NCBI GenBank assembly: GCA_000002445.1
Contig: CH464491.1
Location: 1,024,001 to 1,088,000 of the forward strand
Direction: 5' to 3'
Length of the DNA stretch: 64,000 bases
Source of the DNA: Trypanosoma brucei
Taxonomy: Eukaryota
This document shows positions 1 through 11,700 of this stretch, piece after piece. A program made the position numbers and the translations under genes. The notes beneath the pieces were generated by a model, which was not told where the DNA came from, ran no database searches, and worked only from the letters and a program-made list of their open reading frames with translations. The stretch's first letter is position 1; every line of letters begins with the position of its first letter.

Positions 1-45
1 TGTGTACGGGTGGGGTCGGTGGCCATTATCGGCGGGGAGGCTCAC

Positions 46-588
46 ATGTTCAAACAACTCTACAAACGTGACGAGAAGTTGCGCCTGTACAGGTCACTCA
101 TCAAAGGGGCGAGCCGATTCCCGCTGCGTTCCCGCAGGGATATTGTAACGGAAGAAGTACGTAGCAGCTTTCGTCACCCACTAAACGATAGCCTTACAAA
201 TGAGGAAGTCGACCGCAAGCTCGTGCTGGGGTGGGAACGGGCCGAGGCAATTAAGACATATGCGCAAAACATGTACTGGTTTCACTCGCGTGATGAGGTG
301 TCGAAGGAAATGATGCATCACTCGTTGGAGCGGGACCGCCAACGAGTACGGGAGATGGAAAGATGCAACACTGTTGGAGCGGCACCACGGAAAACACCTG
401 AGGTGACTGAGTTCAAGTCGTCGATGTACAACGTACATCCGGACTACTATGAAAAGATTGGGCAGAAACCACTGACGCACACAAGGGACATTTGGAGGGC
501 TCGAGGGCAGTATGGCTCCGATGTTGGTGGTCCGCGACAGAAATTTTTTGTGCGGCGTTTCAAGGCCCTGTTTCCCCAGGGTTGGTGA
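46..588 (+). CDS. LYR-motif (Complex1_LYR family) protein, about 180 aa; the reading frame is open to the window edge, so the 5' end may be incomplete
   Basis: N-terminus MFKQLYKRDEKLRLYRSLIKGASRFP carries the L-x-x-LYR-x-x-[LK] ... F signature of the LYRM family. The track ORF 10..588 starts at GTG; the first ATG is at 46. The protein is longer than typical LYRM proteins, so assignment is by motif only. Confidence 0.5.
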   Translation: MFKQLYKRDEKLRLYRSLIKGASRFPLRSRRDIVTEEVRSSFRHPLNDSLTNEEVDRKLVLGWERAEAIKTYAQNMYWFHSRDEVSKEMMHHSLERDRQRVREMERCNTVGAAPRKTPEVTEFKSSMYNVHPDYYEKIGQKPLTHTRDIWRARGQYGSDVGGPRQKFFVRRFKALFPQGW

Positions 589-1294
589 AGAAGTGCCGAT
601 GCTGGGTGGTGCTTTGTGAGCTGTGGCACTCGCTGCCACAGCCGCCATATACATTTTTGCAAAAGAACGCGTATATGTACATGCGTATATTGGCTGAAAA
701 GGATCGTGTGTTGCCACCCGCTTTAATGGGAGGTTCCATTGGCACCAGCCGCCTCAACAGGGCCCCAGCTTCTAACGAACCCCTGTTATGAGGTGAAGTG
801 AGGAGCCGGTAACATCTTATATACGGGAAAAGGCTGTCGCATATGCTTTAGACACGGCAGCTTATGGCACATGCGCCAATACCGTTGTTCTATGACTCCG
901 GCTCGCCCCTCTCGGTTACCAGCCGCGTGTCAGCGGCCTATTAGCATCGTCACGAGGGACAATGTGCTGCCAATTTTTGATACCAAAAGTATGGACCAGG
1001 CTGTACGTCAGTGGCCGATGCGGGGACGTTTCCCACAGGGGCACGGAAAAAGTTTTATCGGTTGTTGTGGGGCGTGCGTTATGGAAAAAAAAAGGTCAAT
1101 TGGATGAGATTGAAGCAACCACATTATCGTTGCAAGCGCTGCGAAATCACTCTCAGTTCGTTCCTTGCTTACGGTCCTCCCCGCCAACCAGTGGGGATGG
1201 CACCGCATACTCAGTCCTTCTTTAACTTACCCGCTTGTAATAGCAACAATAATAGCAAGTATTAGAAACGGTTGACACTCCCCTTGAGAGTTAG

Positions 1295-2290
1295 ATGAGC
1301 GTGCCTCGTTTGCGCGTCCCCGACCAGAACGACGAACAGTCATCCGCAAAACATTTTCCTGCAGATGACTGTCCAGCGAAGTCGTCAAGTGTAAGGACTA
1401 CGGCTGCTAACGGACAAAGTACAGCTCAATCAATCAATGTGAGTGCGCGCTTTTTGCCTTATGATGATATTTGCGGAATCGGACCAACACTTCATAGCAG
1501 CCCGACGGAGGAGAACGAGATGAACTGGTCTCACGAGCACGGCGCCAATAGGTTCCTATCGGATAGGGAAACGCATGGAACGCGCCGCCTTTGCTTCACA
1601 GGCGGCAGCAGTGGCGGTGGTACGCTCAGCGAGTCCCAAGAGACGACGGCGTCGGAGTTTGTGATGGAACTACGGGACGCCCTTAAGCAAACGATGGCGG
1701 AAGGCAACTCACCGACGGACTTGGAGGTTGACGGGAGTGCGGGCCCTGCCATTTGGATGCGCTTGTTTGAGAGGTGGCCCCTGGAGTTGGCCGCCTCGGG
1801 GTATGCGGAGTGGTGGTTGCGACACCCCAAGTGCGGTGAGGACGCTTCCCAGCTGTTCCAAATGTTCATCGATGGAATTGCGAGAGAGGAGTGCCGGCGT
1901 AACCCCCTTGACGGGGAAAAGGATGGAGAGGAACTGCGTGACGGTGTTCTTCAAGGTGCGCTTGTTATGCTTCAAGCTCTCTACGCTGACCCACCGCAGT
2001 CGCTTAGGGCGGCCTTCGGGACACCACTGTACCACCAACAGTTGTTCTTCCGTACCTGTCGCCTTGGTGCTCTCGGGGATGGACGGGAGTTGGCCCTCTG
2101 TCTTTCTCTTGCCGCTGCCATTGCGCAACGCATCGCAGGGAACAAACTGGCGATGCGCCACGACTTGAGCCGCTTCATTGGGAGAGTGCGCCGCAACTGG
2201 CAGGCTCTGCGGGAGAAGTGGTCAGACGAGGAAAAACTCGTCTTAGAGGTTGGAAAGGTGGAGGCTCTTCTTGCATTTGCCCTCGACTGA
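1295..2290 (+). CDS. hypothetical protein, 331 aa
   Basis: Long ATG-initiated ORF in the sense orientation of the cluster, with balanced non-repetitive composition. No motif recognised. Confidence 0.4.
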   Translation: MSVPRLRVPDQNDEQSSAKHFPADDCPAKSSSVRTTAANGQSTAQSINVSARFLPYDDICGIGPTLHSSPTEENEMNWSHEHGANRFLSDRETHGTRRLCFTGGSSGGGTLSESQETTASEFVMELRDALKQTMAEGNSPTDLEVDGSAGPAIWMRLFERWPLELAASGYAEWWLRHPKCGEDASQLFQMFIDGIAREECRRNPLDGEKDGEELRDGVLQGALVMLQALYADPPQSLRAAFGTPLYHQQLFFRTCRLGALGDGRELALCLSLAAAIAQRIAGNKLAMRHDLSRFIGRVRRNWQALREKWSDEEKLVLEVGKVEALLAFALD

Positions 2291-2547
2291 GGCTTAAGGT
2301 TGCGCTTCGCAAGAAGGTTCGTTTCGTTGCTTCCCACATCACGGCCCTTCCTTACTACATGCGCTCTCATCAGGGTGTCCGGCATTTGGGTGGCATGCTC
2401 AGCGCCATCTTCATTCCCTTCTTGTACTTAAGGTGTTCCGTTCATCCTAACCATTACCGCTTCATTCTGCAATGGAAAAGTGATGTTGAGTCTCCGGAGT
2501 TTTCTATTACCTTCTTTTCATCAGCTTGCTTTTAGATTCTGGCTGCG

Positions 2548-3420
2548 ATGTCGACAAAGCCAAAACCTTTAGTCATTTTGGTTGTGGGAATGGCAGGCAC
2601 CGGCAAGACAACGCTAGTGCACAGGCTGCAACACTACGCCGAGGAGAAAGGTAAAAAGACGTATTTCATAAATTTGGATCCGGCAGTTGCGGATGTTCCT
2701 TACGGCGCCAACATCGACATTCGTGACACAGTCAACTACAAGGAAGTTATAAAACAGTATCGACTGGGACCCAACGGTGCTATCATGACATCGTTGAACC
2801 TGTTTGCAACGAAGTTTCACCAAGTCATTGGTATTCTTGAAAAAAAGGAAGGTCTTGAGTGGATCGTTGTGGATACGCCTGGTCAAATCGAAGTTTTCAC
2901 TTGGTCAGCATCGGGGCAAATAATCGCCGAGTCCCTGGCGGCCACGTGGCCAACAACACTTTTGTTTGTCGCTGATACAGCCCGCTGCGCAAGTACACAG
3001 ACATTCATGAGCACCATGCTATATGCGAGCAGCATCATGCTGAAGCAGCAGCTCCCGCTCGTCCTTCTCTTTAATAAAACGGATGTCGTTTCTTCAGATG
3101 CCGCAGTGACTTGGATGAAGGACCCGAATGCGTTGGCGGAAGCGGTTAACAGCGGTACGGATGGGAGTTACGCAGGGAGTTTAGTCCAATCCCTCTCCCT
3201 TTTCACGCACGGCTTCTACGAAAGCATTCCTTTTGCCAGCGCATCTGCTGCGTCAGGAAAGGGCATAGAGGAATTGGAGGAGGCCCTCGTAGTTGCGAAA
3301 GAACAGTATTTAAGGGACCGCGCGCCGCGAGTCGGCGAAAGAGAAAAGTTGGCGAATGAGGACGCGATTGCCGCGGAAGATATGATTCGCGCGTACCGCG
3401 AGGACCGGAAGAAGGATTAA
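2548..3420 (+). CDS. GPN1: GPN-loop GTPase 1 (XAB1/Npa3 family)
   Basis: P-loop VVGMAGTGKTT near the N-terminus, the diagnostic GPN motif (YRLGPNGAI), a VDTPGQIE switch II-like segment, and NKTD (NKxD) guanine-specificity motif. Confidence 0.85.
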   Translation: MSTKPKPLVILVVGMAGTGKTTLVHRLQHYAEEKGKKTYFINLDPAVADVPYGANIDIRDTVNYKEVIKQYRLGPNGAIMTSLNLFATKFHQVIGILEKKEGLEWIVVDTPGQIEVFTWSASGQIIAESLAATWPTTLLFVADTARCASTQTFMSTMLYASSIMLKQQLPLVLLFNKTDVVSSDAAVTWMKDPNALAEAVNSGTDGSYAGSLVQSLSLFTHGFYESIPFASASAASGKGIEELEEALVVAKEQYLRDRAPRVGEREKLANEDAIAAEDMIRAYREDRKKD

Positions 3421-6400
3421 ACTACCCAGCTGCTAAGTCAATGCATGTGAAGTGGGGTATCGTTTAAGGTGTTTTCATACCACATCCCTCCCTTGAGTCT
3501 GTAAAGCTTATGTTCATTTTTTTTTTTAACTCGTTTCACTGCACAATTTTCCTGCGGCACAAGGCACGCCGCCTTTTCTCTTCTTTTTTTTTTCGTTTTG
3601 TCATAGTGCCGTCTCTCTGCAGTGGGAATGAAACATTACGAAGCCCAAAAAAGGTGGGAGCTGGTGACGGGCCTTCACGTCAAAGGCAAAGTGTGTTATT
3701 TCACTGAAGGTATAGAAAATCAAGGAATCGGGGAAAAGCAACCGCTTTTTATGGGAATTGGTTGGCGGGGTCCATTCGAGGTCACCTCAACTGCGGGGCA
3801 ATGCCGGGCGGCTGAAAGAGGACCGGTACATTAAATGGCGCTAGGCTTCGCGTCATGTTGGTCGAGTCTAGGGTCTCGCTATCGAATTCCAACACACCAC
3901 CACAACCCCACTAGGAACCAAACGCAGAAATGATGATTATTATTATTATTAAAAGTTCTTGACAAACATTTGGTCGAGAAAAAAAAAACGAACAACATTT
4001 AAACGTGTAATGCTGTCGAAGTCCCGAGTACGGTCACTACAGGTGAAAGGCGAGTTGCCTGTGATTCACATTGCACTAGCGGTCTCCACACACACACGAA
4101 CACGCAGAAAAAAAAATAGAACGCTGCGCCGCCATGGGCAGAAGCCGGTGTTGTTGTAAGTTTTCTGTAAGCATGCATAATGATAGGGCGTGTGGACATT
4201 TGTATATTCCTTTTTTTCCCCCACGCTTTTGCTGCACAGATAGCGCTGTGGTGGCACAGCTCATTCAAATGGCTTTCAGGAAGGTTAGGTTGGCCACGGT
4301 ACCGTTTCCCCCCTCCAATTTCGCCACCTGTGACATTTAAGCGCGCGGATGGGGGGCTGTCAGTGCTCTTACCGTAAGTAACTGCGGGTCCTCCTCCCCT
4401 CCCTGGCCGTGTGCTCATCTTGGGTGCCTCATCAGCCCTGCTTTTCCGACAATGCGGCACCTGAGTGCATGGCGCTGGTGCATCATCCAACCATCCTTTT
4501 CCACTTCGTTCCTTTCCGCTTGGGGGCTTTGCAATGGCCGCGTTAGCTCCAAGATGAAGTTTCCTGGCGTGCTGCCATAGTCCCGTCTGTGCTCAGCAGG
4601 GCTTTCCACATTAATTCGACATCATATGTTTTTACCGAAAGGCCACTCAGGGGCGTTGCCGTTGCTTCCTCATGTTGTTCTCTTTGCTTCTTTCCTTCTA
4701 CTGTCTCCTCCGCCCTCCCTAAGACCTATTGAGCTGGTCGGTGAATAACCACGCCGCGGCAGCACTCGATCACTGCGGACTCGGTGCTATTTAAAGTGAC
4801 TGATTTTGTAAACTTCCTGCCACACCCCCCTCGATGCGCCCTGAGCCTACCCTTTTCACCCGTGGGGTCGAGCACACTGTTATCCCGTGTCAGGAATATG
4901 GCAACCGTGCTCCATTCGCGGCTCTTCTTCGCAATCGCCACTCTGTAGGTTTCCCTTCAGTCTCTCCCGTGTTGGCGACACCTCATTTATCAGGAGGAGT
5001 TTCCAATCCGCCTGAACTGTTAGTCGTGCTATGAGTCACCGTTTTCAATTTTTCCGCAAGCCCCTTTTCGGGACTCCGGTGCTCATGTCAAATCACTTCC
5101 CTTTCTTTACATAACACGCGGCCGACGGGGCTGTGGCGTCATCGTGTGTCGCTCCGCTTTGCGCCCGGTGTCAAGGAAATGCAGCCGCAGCTGAGGATTC
5201 CGGACGACACAGGAATGCCTTGCAACCCTTCCCTGAGGTGCCATGGGCTTGTGGTCGTATGTTGTTTTGAGAGATCGCCTGCTTTCGCTCGGCCAATTTT
5301 CCAGCTTCATTCCGCACCACTGATACGACCGCCTTGCAAATGGTCATCTTGGTGGTGTTAAACAGCTTCCGGACTTCGTTCTGCCTTTTCCCGCTCACCG
5401 AACCTCGGGAGCGCCCGTGCGCCACATTGAATTACACAAGCCCGAGTACTGACGGGCGGATGCGGCACTGTCCGTGACAGTCATGTTTACAAGGAGGTTT
5501 TGGGCGCCTTTTTGCCCTGTGCCAGCACTGGTGCCCGCACGCGCTTTTCGGCCACATCGTTTGCTGCTGAGTTTCATCCTGACGATAAAAAATGTTTCGG
5601 GGCATATGACCGTGCCTCGGATTCTGGCAGTGCTCCTATTCCGGGGCGGCCGCATTGTGGTTAGTTCGTTGGGAATTATGACGGGCCGGCTGCTCACCAC
5701 TTCTTCCCCTCGACCGCCTCACCGTGTGCACCGGTTTCGGCGCTTATTAGGGGCGATCGCTCTTCGGTATCGCCCAAAATGTTTCGTGGTGCGGGCACGG
5801 AATGATTCAGAGATAGTTTTTCCTGCCCTGCTGAACTTCCCCTTCTTCGGTGCAGGCTTATAGTTACCGCGGTTGCCTCTGCGCGTGCTTGGCCCTAATC
5901 CGGCTTCGAATGTAGCGTGTGCCTCTTTGTGCTTCTGCTTTATGTCTCCCACCAAAATATCAACTTTTATATGTTAGGTGTGTTTTTGTGCAGTTGTTTC
6001 TTCCACTGCAATCTCATCTGCTATTGCACTGTCTTTCCAAACAACGTGGTGGGAGAAATAAGCCGCATAGAAATCACCGCATTCTTTTTACTGATTGTGA
6101 AAATCACCCTTCCATACGCGGCTCGGGATTTCATCCTCCACGCGACTGTCTTTCATTGTTTCCAGTACCGTATTTAGCACCTTTTCAATTGGCACTGCTT
6201 CTGCACGATGGTTGCATGCCCATATTCAGGTGTCCCTTTAATTCTGTATTTTTCCGTGTTGCCGAAGATTATCATTTCTGCAGTGGACTAACTGCCTAAA
6301 CTCACCAGTTCATCTGTTGAAACTTTTCAGTCCTTGTTGTATATCCCTATTTTTTGCGGCGTATGAGCCCTCCTCCATCCGTCTGTTGCGTTTGCTTTTA

Positions 6401-8218
6401 TACCCACCCATGGAGGGCAATTTTGTGCACACTCTGGGACCAGCGTCCAAGGAGCTTTAAGTGTGGAGTACACCTTGATTTTTGGTGTCGGAGCACCATC
6501 CCTCCACTGAATTCAGCCATTCAAGTATTGGATTGTTTCGCGGACATCACCGGCTTACTATGCTTGAAAAGCGCCCTCTTTTAGCGTTTGACATGGGGCG
6601 GTATTCCGTCGTCCTCTTGTTTGCCGGTTTTCAAACAAATATCAGTCGTGCTTTTTTGAGCATGTCTTGTTTGTTCGAGTCCGAGGAAACCACAGCAATG
6701 ATTTGAACTGATTCAGCTTGCGCGCTTTCCGTCTTCCTCCCTTTCAGGTAGAGACATGAGAATCGCCTAAGAGCGACGCCGTAGTTTATCTTTTAGTGGA
6801 CGATTCCGTAGTGGAAGGCTGTAAACGCTTTCTTCCGTGGAGCACCGTTCAGCTAACACTACGGCATTGAGCCTCTCTAAACTTGTTCTTTCTGATTTTG
6901 TCGTTTGGTGAGCATGCTTTTCAATCCTTCTTTCAATGGGTGCAGTGTGGCCCGCGGGCTTTTGGGTCTTTGCATCGTTGGCCATTTTTCCTCGTCAACA
7001 TGAGGCCTTGTGGGTTCCAGATGCCTAATCCAAGTGCTGTGTGCCCCGTCTTTTCCTCCAGCGCTTGCGTATAGCATCTTAGCGGCTGTCGCGCAAACAC
7101 TCTTTCTCCGCTGCGGCGCACCTCCCAGTTTGTTTTCGTCCGAATCCGTCGCTTTGAGGATCGGATTCCTGGTAAATAAACTATCGTTGGGTCCTGGGGT
7201 CTTATTCAGTTCCGTGCTCAACGTTTCCATCGCTCTAAGAAATAGGATGCAGCCTAACGCCGACACCCGAAGAAACCCACGCGTCAATCCCGCGTTCGTC
7301 GAACTCTATAGTCGTTGTCATGATCTTTCTTGTTCAGTGAGGCGGGGAGTTGCTTATCCACCATGTTGGATGTGATATCTACTTTGAACCACCCCATCAC
7401 TCGAGCAACGTAGCTGCGACCCCACTCAATTAAGCCCCATCAAAGAGTTTATAAACACTGCTGCAATTAAGGAACTGTTTTCCTTCGATCCGATAGCACT
7501 CAGAAATTCTAAAACAGAATTAGCGCTGCATATTCATCGTTGGAAACCTGACTATTGTAGCTGAAGCGGCTCTCAGAGGCAGTTTTTTTTTCACTCTACC
7601 AAGTGCCACTCTTCGGATGACACCGACCGCGGTGCCGTCTGGCGCCAGCGGTTGGGATGATTCAACGCCTTTAGCTGATTTGTTCTGCTTAAAGAATGGT
7701 ACTATGGTCCCTCTTGGCTGCTCAGGGAATTTGTTCAACCTTTGGAAGCGGCTGTTAAACTAAGGTAAGAACCACCTTTAACGCTCCCCGGTATGAATTC
7801 CGTTGCATCCAGTCGCCGTCCACACTATATAATTTCCCCGTTACTTTCGATTCGCCACGAAGACGCCATGAATACACAACTGCGCGACTTTAAGGGCATT
7901 AGTGGAACGATTCGTATACTTGTCTGCCAAAGCCCGCAGCCGCCGCCCTTTCGTCGGTGGGTGACTGGTCATTACACTGGAATGGGGGCGGATGGCGGTC
8001 ACAACGCAAATACTGATTTTAGCAGCGCTCAGGTGTTCTTCAGGGTGGATTGTTTCGAGGCGTCCTGCCTCCCTGTCCCTAGAGCTGTTTCGGTTAGCGG
8101 ACTCTTTCTTATTTCGGTGAAGATAGTTCTCTTGGTCGACTTCCTATACTGGTTCATTCTGCTTTCAGGGGTTATCAGTTCTGCTGCTCTATCGAAGGTC
8201 GTTCGGCAGCGGTTGCCG

Positions 8219-8230
8219 TTAGAGTTTCCC
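8219..8230. repeat. Target-site duplication, left copy (TTAGAGTTTCCC)
   Basis: Exact 12-nt direct repeat of 8736..8747, immediately flanking the retroposon. ingi/RIME insertions characteristically generate 12-bp target-site duplications. Confidence 0.75.
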
Positions 8231-8735
8231 CCTGGCGATGCCGGCCACCTCAACGTGGTGCCAGGGTCCAGTACCCCGTATCATCGGGGGAAGCCAAGAG
8301 CCAGCAGCGTTCCTTTCATGGGGAACACTGCTGTGCTCCGGCTACGGCATCATACAGCACAGGGATCAACAGCGTCTTGCTGGGACACTGTTTTTCATTT
8401 GTCGGTCCCTGGGCACGTGCCAGCGTGCCATCAGCAGTATCATCCGCGCTAAGATGCTGCTGTCCGGTGATGTGGAACTCCAAAAAAAAGAATTGCCAAT
8501 TGGCATCTTTTGGAGAGTCCGGAGTGGGGGGCTTCTCGCTCCATCTGCTGTATTCCGTTCATGTGCGGAAATACAACAAAAAATTATAGAGGGTGTGTCA
8601 GGATGAATGAAAAAGGGAGACTCTGCCACAGTCGCCAGACCGATAGCATCTCAGGGCTCTACGGTGATGGCTGATGGCCGCGCCAGTGGGGGGAAACTCT
8701 CATGAAGGCACGAAGAAAATTTCAAAAAAAAAAAA
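8231..8735 (+). mobile_element. RIME-like non-autonomous non-LTR retroposon (ingi/RIME family), about 505 bp, with a 3' A12 tail
   Basis: 5' end CCTGGCGATGCCGGCCACCTCAACGTGGTGCCAGGGTCCAGTACCCCGTATCATCGGGGGAAGCCAAGAGCCAGCAGCG matches the roughly 77-79 nt conserved 5' signature of trypanosomatid retroposons (ingi/RIME/L1Tc/NARTc/SIDER) as recalled from the literature. Length of about 500 bp, a terminal poly(A) at 8724-8735, and an exact 12-bp direct repeat of flanking DNA are all visible in the sequence. Confidence 0.7.
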
Positions 8736-8747
8736 TTAGAGTTTCCC
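8736..8747. repeat. Target-site duplication, right copy (TTAGAGTTTCCC)
   Basis: Exact copy of 8219..8230, lying directly after the A12 tail. Confidence 0.75.
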
Positions 8748-11700
8748 GACTCTTTCAAATTTACCTCATCGCAATGCTTAAGACATGCGTCCTCTGTGGG
8801 AAGATATTTTAATCTAGCTACTCTTTGCCAGACCGGGGTTTCTTCATTAGCAATTGCTAAGACCAGTTCCATTTGCCAATCCACTATGAGCTCACCGCCC
8901 CTCTGAAGCACAGGACTCTCAGCGGCACGGCGATGGGCCCGTTTCCACTTCGGTGCCTGGTGGGTTTTGATTCCCGCTCGGTTGCTCCTGCTTCTCACTG
9001 ATTACGTTAAGACTCTTGGGGGAAACGCACGGAGGTCACAGCGAGACGTCGGTTGTTTGAAAACACCGGCGCAACGATTGCGCTTTCTAAAAGTCCTGTT
9101 GTCTGCGGACTCCTGAAAACAGTTAATCTATCTCGAGGGAGTGCTGAAAATCCTCCGCCTTCTGTTTTGGGGCGGGCCGCCCCAGTGCGTTGGTAGTGAA
9201 TGAGACTGTGTGCCGTACCCTCCCCAGCTTTCATGGACGCCTCCTGCGCCGGATCGGAACCCGCCGCGCCCACGTGGGCCGCTGTCGGCAAGGGCGGCTG
9301 TTCTCCATCTAACGGTGCTTTCGCGTTCCATTGACTTCGCCGGAGGATGGGGTATTGTGGTTCATGGGAATCCCAGCCACGAAGGGAAGGGGGCTCGAGA
9401 AACAGGGAGCGGCGGAGCTGTGTGTTTGCAGTTCCGGGGGCGGTTGCTTAAAGGGTGGGTCTTTCCTCCACGTTATCCCTTTCCAAAAAGCCGCTGCCTG
9501 GCCGCCGCGGAGGTTACCGGTTCAGGGTCAGCGAGAGGTTGGCTTTTGGCTTCGTTTTCACTAGCCGGCTGCCGGTGCCAGTTCATCGGATGGGTTGCAG
9601 TATCACGTGAAAGGACGTTCTCTCGCGTGCGGGAAATCGTTGTGCGAAAAGGTCGGGGGAATGAACCTTGCCAGTGGTATGCCCTCTACCGCTGCCGTCC
9701 TTGTGGTCTTGCAATGCTTTGACCTGTGGGCACGGTTGTTTTCGTTTGGTTATTGATGACATATGCCCACTTTCATCAATCCGCTTCGAGGTGTGTATGG
9801 TTCGCGCGTGGAACGGCTTTGGCTTCTACATTTTTTTAAAAAGTTTGACACTGTCTTCTCAAGTTACTTGGATTTCGTATTTGGGAAAGACGCTGGTGAT
9901 ATATTGTGGTTGTTGTTATACTGGTTGGAGATCTAATGCTCAAAGTAACTATTAATTATTACAACTCGATAAAAAAAAATGTCCCGAGGGTGCTAAAGGA
10001 TATGTATAAATGATGAAGCTTTCAAACGATTTCCCTCTGACTTTGTTCGGCCGGTTGTTCAGGCGTTTTGTAAGATTTTCATTGTTGCGAACAACTATGC
10101 TTGCTTTCCTATTGGTCTATGAGATGTGAAGCTATGGGGATACCTTTGCTTGGGATTAATAAAAAAGACTACTATTCCGTCGCAAGATTCTATTTTTTTC
10201 CCCCCTCTCTTTTGCGTGTATTTTAGCCCGGTAGGTTGTTTTTCTGGTGGTCATATATGATTTTATCTCATGGTGGTGTCGCAACCGATTTTGCTTAAAT
10301 CATATGGTTCATATTTCTTAGTGAAATATTTCTTTTGTTTAATACAGGAATACAGGCCAGTCCGTGGCATGTAGCGCATGCACTGATGAGGTCGCCGTTG
10401 TTCCGCCTCCGTGATATTGTGGAGGTAAGAGTTTCCCAAAATGTCTTCGAACCCTCAATGTAGTTAATGAATATTTGGGAACGGTGCGTTGTTGCTCCTT
10501 AGGGTGGATAAGGGCCACCTGGCGAATGCTTAGCGGTTTATCTTAAGGGCCTGAGGTTGGGGATGGGGACACACATCTAATTTGTAAGTGTTTTACACAC
10601 TTTTCTGATTTTGCTTTTGAGGGAAAATTGTTTGCGTCCCTCAGTGGGCAAAAAGGCGCTTAAACTCATTAGGCCACCATATTTTAAATATTGTGATCAA
10701 TGATGTTAAATATAGGTAAACTACTGTGCCCTCGCTTGACTCAAGGAGTTCAACCAACGATGATTCCACTGCCAATGACAAATGCATGTTCGAAACAAGA
10801 GGGGATGCGGTCGTTTTTCCGCGGGCGGCGTGCAAAAAAAAAAAAAAGGACGGCGAAGTGCAGTAACAACAAAACACTTTATAAAAATAATGCCACTCTC
10901 AGCGACACGTGCTGCTAATAGAGATGGTGCTACCCCTTGGATAATTATCCGTTAGCATGGCCACTGTGCCCACTTGTTGTCATGACTCTGTTGGGCTGTC
11001 ATCTTAACTGTTTGCCTTACCGATAGGTGCCCGTGAGGCATATCCGTAACAAGCAGTTGCTTATTCCTTTTCGTCTGGGTTACTTTCCAACAAACAAAAT
11101 TTGGTTGTACAATGCGCATCGTGAGGCTTCAGCAGAGGAACGACATCATTTCCTATTGAGGATTGTATGCTTGTACATAAAATATGTGAGTGCGTTTGAT
11201 TTTTTTTAACCTTTAAGGACAAATTAGTAGCATCCGTAGCAAAGGAGTGAATGTACAAGTGTCGGTGTGAATATAATTTCTCGTTATTCACATCGCTTTT
11301 TTGGGATGACTAAACCGCTGCGTGTATTGGCGTATCGGGTTATGCTGATATAGTTTTGATGTAATGCGGTCTAGTTTGTTGGACACATGTTATTGTGTTG
11401 GACTCGAATTTGGTGGTTTACTGTTTCGGTTCTTTGAATATTTTCATTGTGGTCCGTACAAAAGTTTTGGTCAGTTATATGTGGAGGGTTGTTTAAAAAT
11501 ATTTTCTCTTCGTTACTTTTTTGTTTTATTTACAACTGCTATAATCCTATTTCCCCATTTTACCTCTTGATAGAGGTATTTTCAAAGCAATTATTAACGG
11601 CGAATACACGACATCACCATCGATTGTTGACGGGCGAGTGTTTACACTTGGGGTATACTACTAAGTGAGGCCGAGTTTGATTATTTCCCCATGTGCTGTG

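Noticed and set aside
181-717. Antisense ORFs overlapping real genes (for example 181..717, 1709..2161, 13973..14434, 16670..17098, 32622..33137, 36156..36644, 46477..47076, 46833..47417 on the - strand)
   Set aside because: They lie opposite well-supported conserved CDSs. Their products are low-complexity or unconserved. Those opposite the coiled-coil gene are L/F/S-rich mirror images of GAG/GAA-rich codons. None has its own polypyrimidine/AG signal context.
6660-6690. tRNA-like T-loop strings (GTTCGAGTCC at 6671, TTCGAACCC at 10449, ATCGAATTCC at 3885)
   Set aside because: The flanking sequence cannot form T-stems or acceptor stems, and no D-arm is present. These are chance matches.
7793-8452. 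219-aa ORF 7793..8452 and 122-aa ORF 8238..8606
   Set aside because: The first spans the junction between host DNA and the RIME 5' end, making it chimeric. The second lies inside the retroposon. Neither is a host gene.
4380-9700. Near-continuous tiling of minus-strand ORFs from 9331 down to 3999, suggesting an antisense ingi ORF
   Set aside because: Plus-strand ORFs tile the same interval equally well. The pattern is explained by a paucity of stop codons in GC-richer DNA. No reverse-transcriptase or endonuclease motifs could be read. Retroelement or pseudogene origin is retained only as a hypothesis in the findings.
10005-10045. Possible C/D-box snoRNA (ATGATGA ... CTGA)
   Set aside because: The boxes are only about 27 nt apart, with no terminal stem and no tandem repetition of the unit, which is how trypanosome snoRNA clusters are organised.
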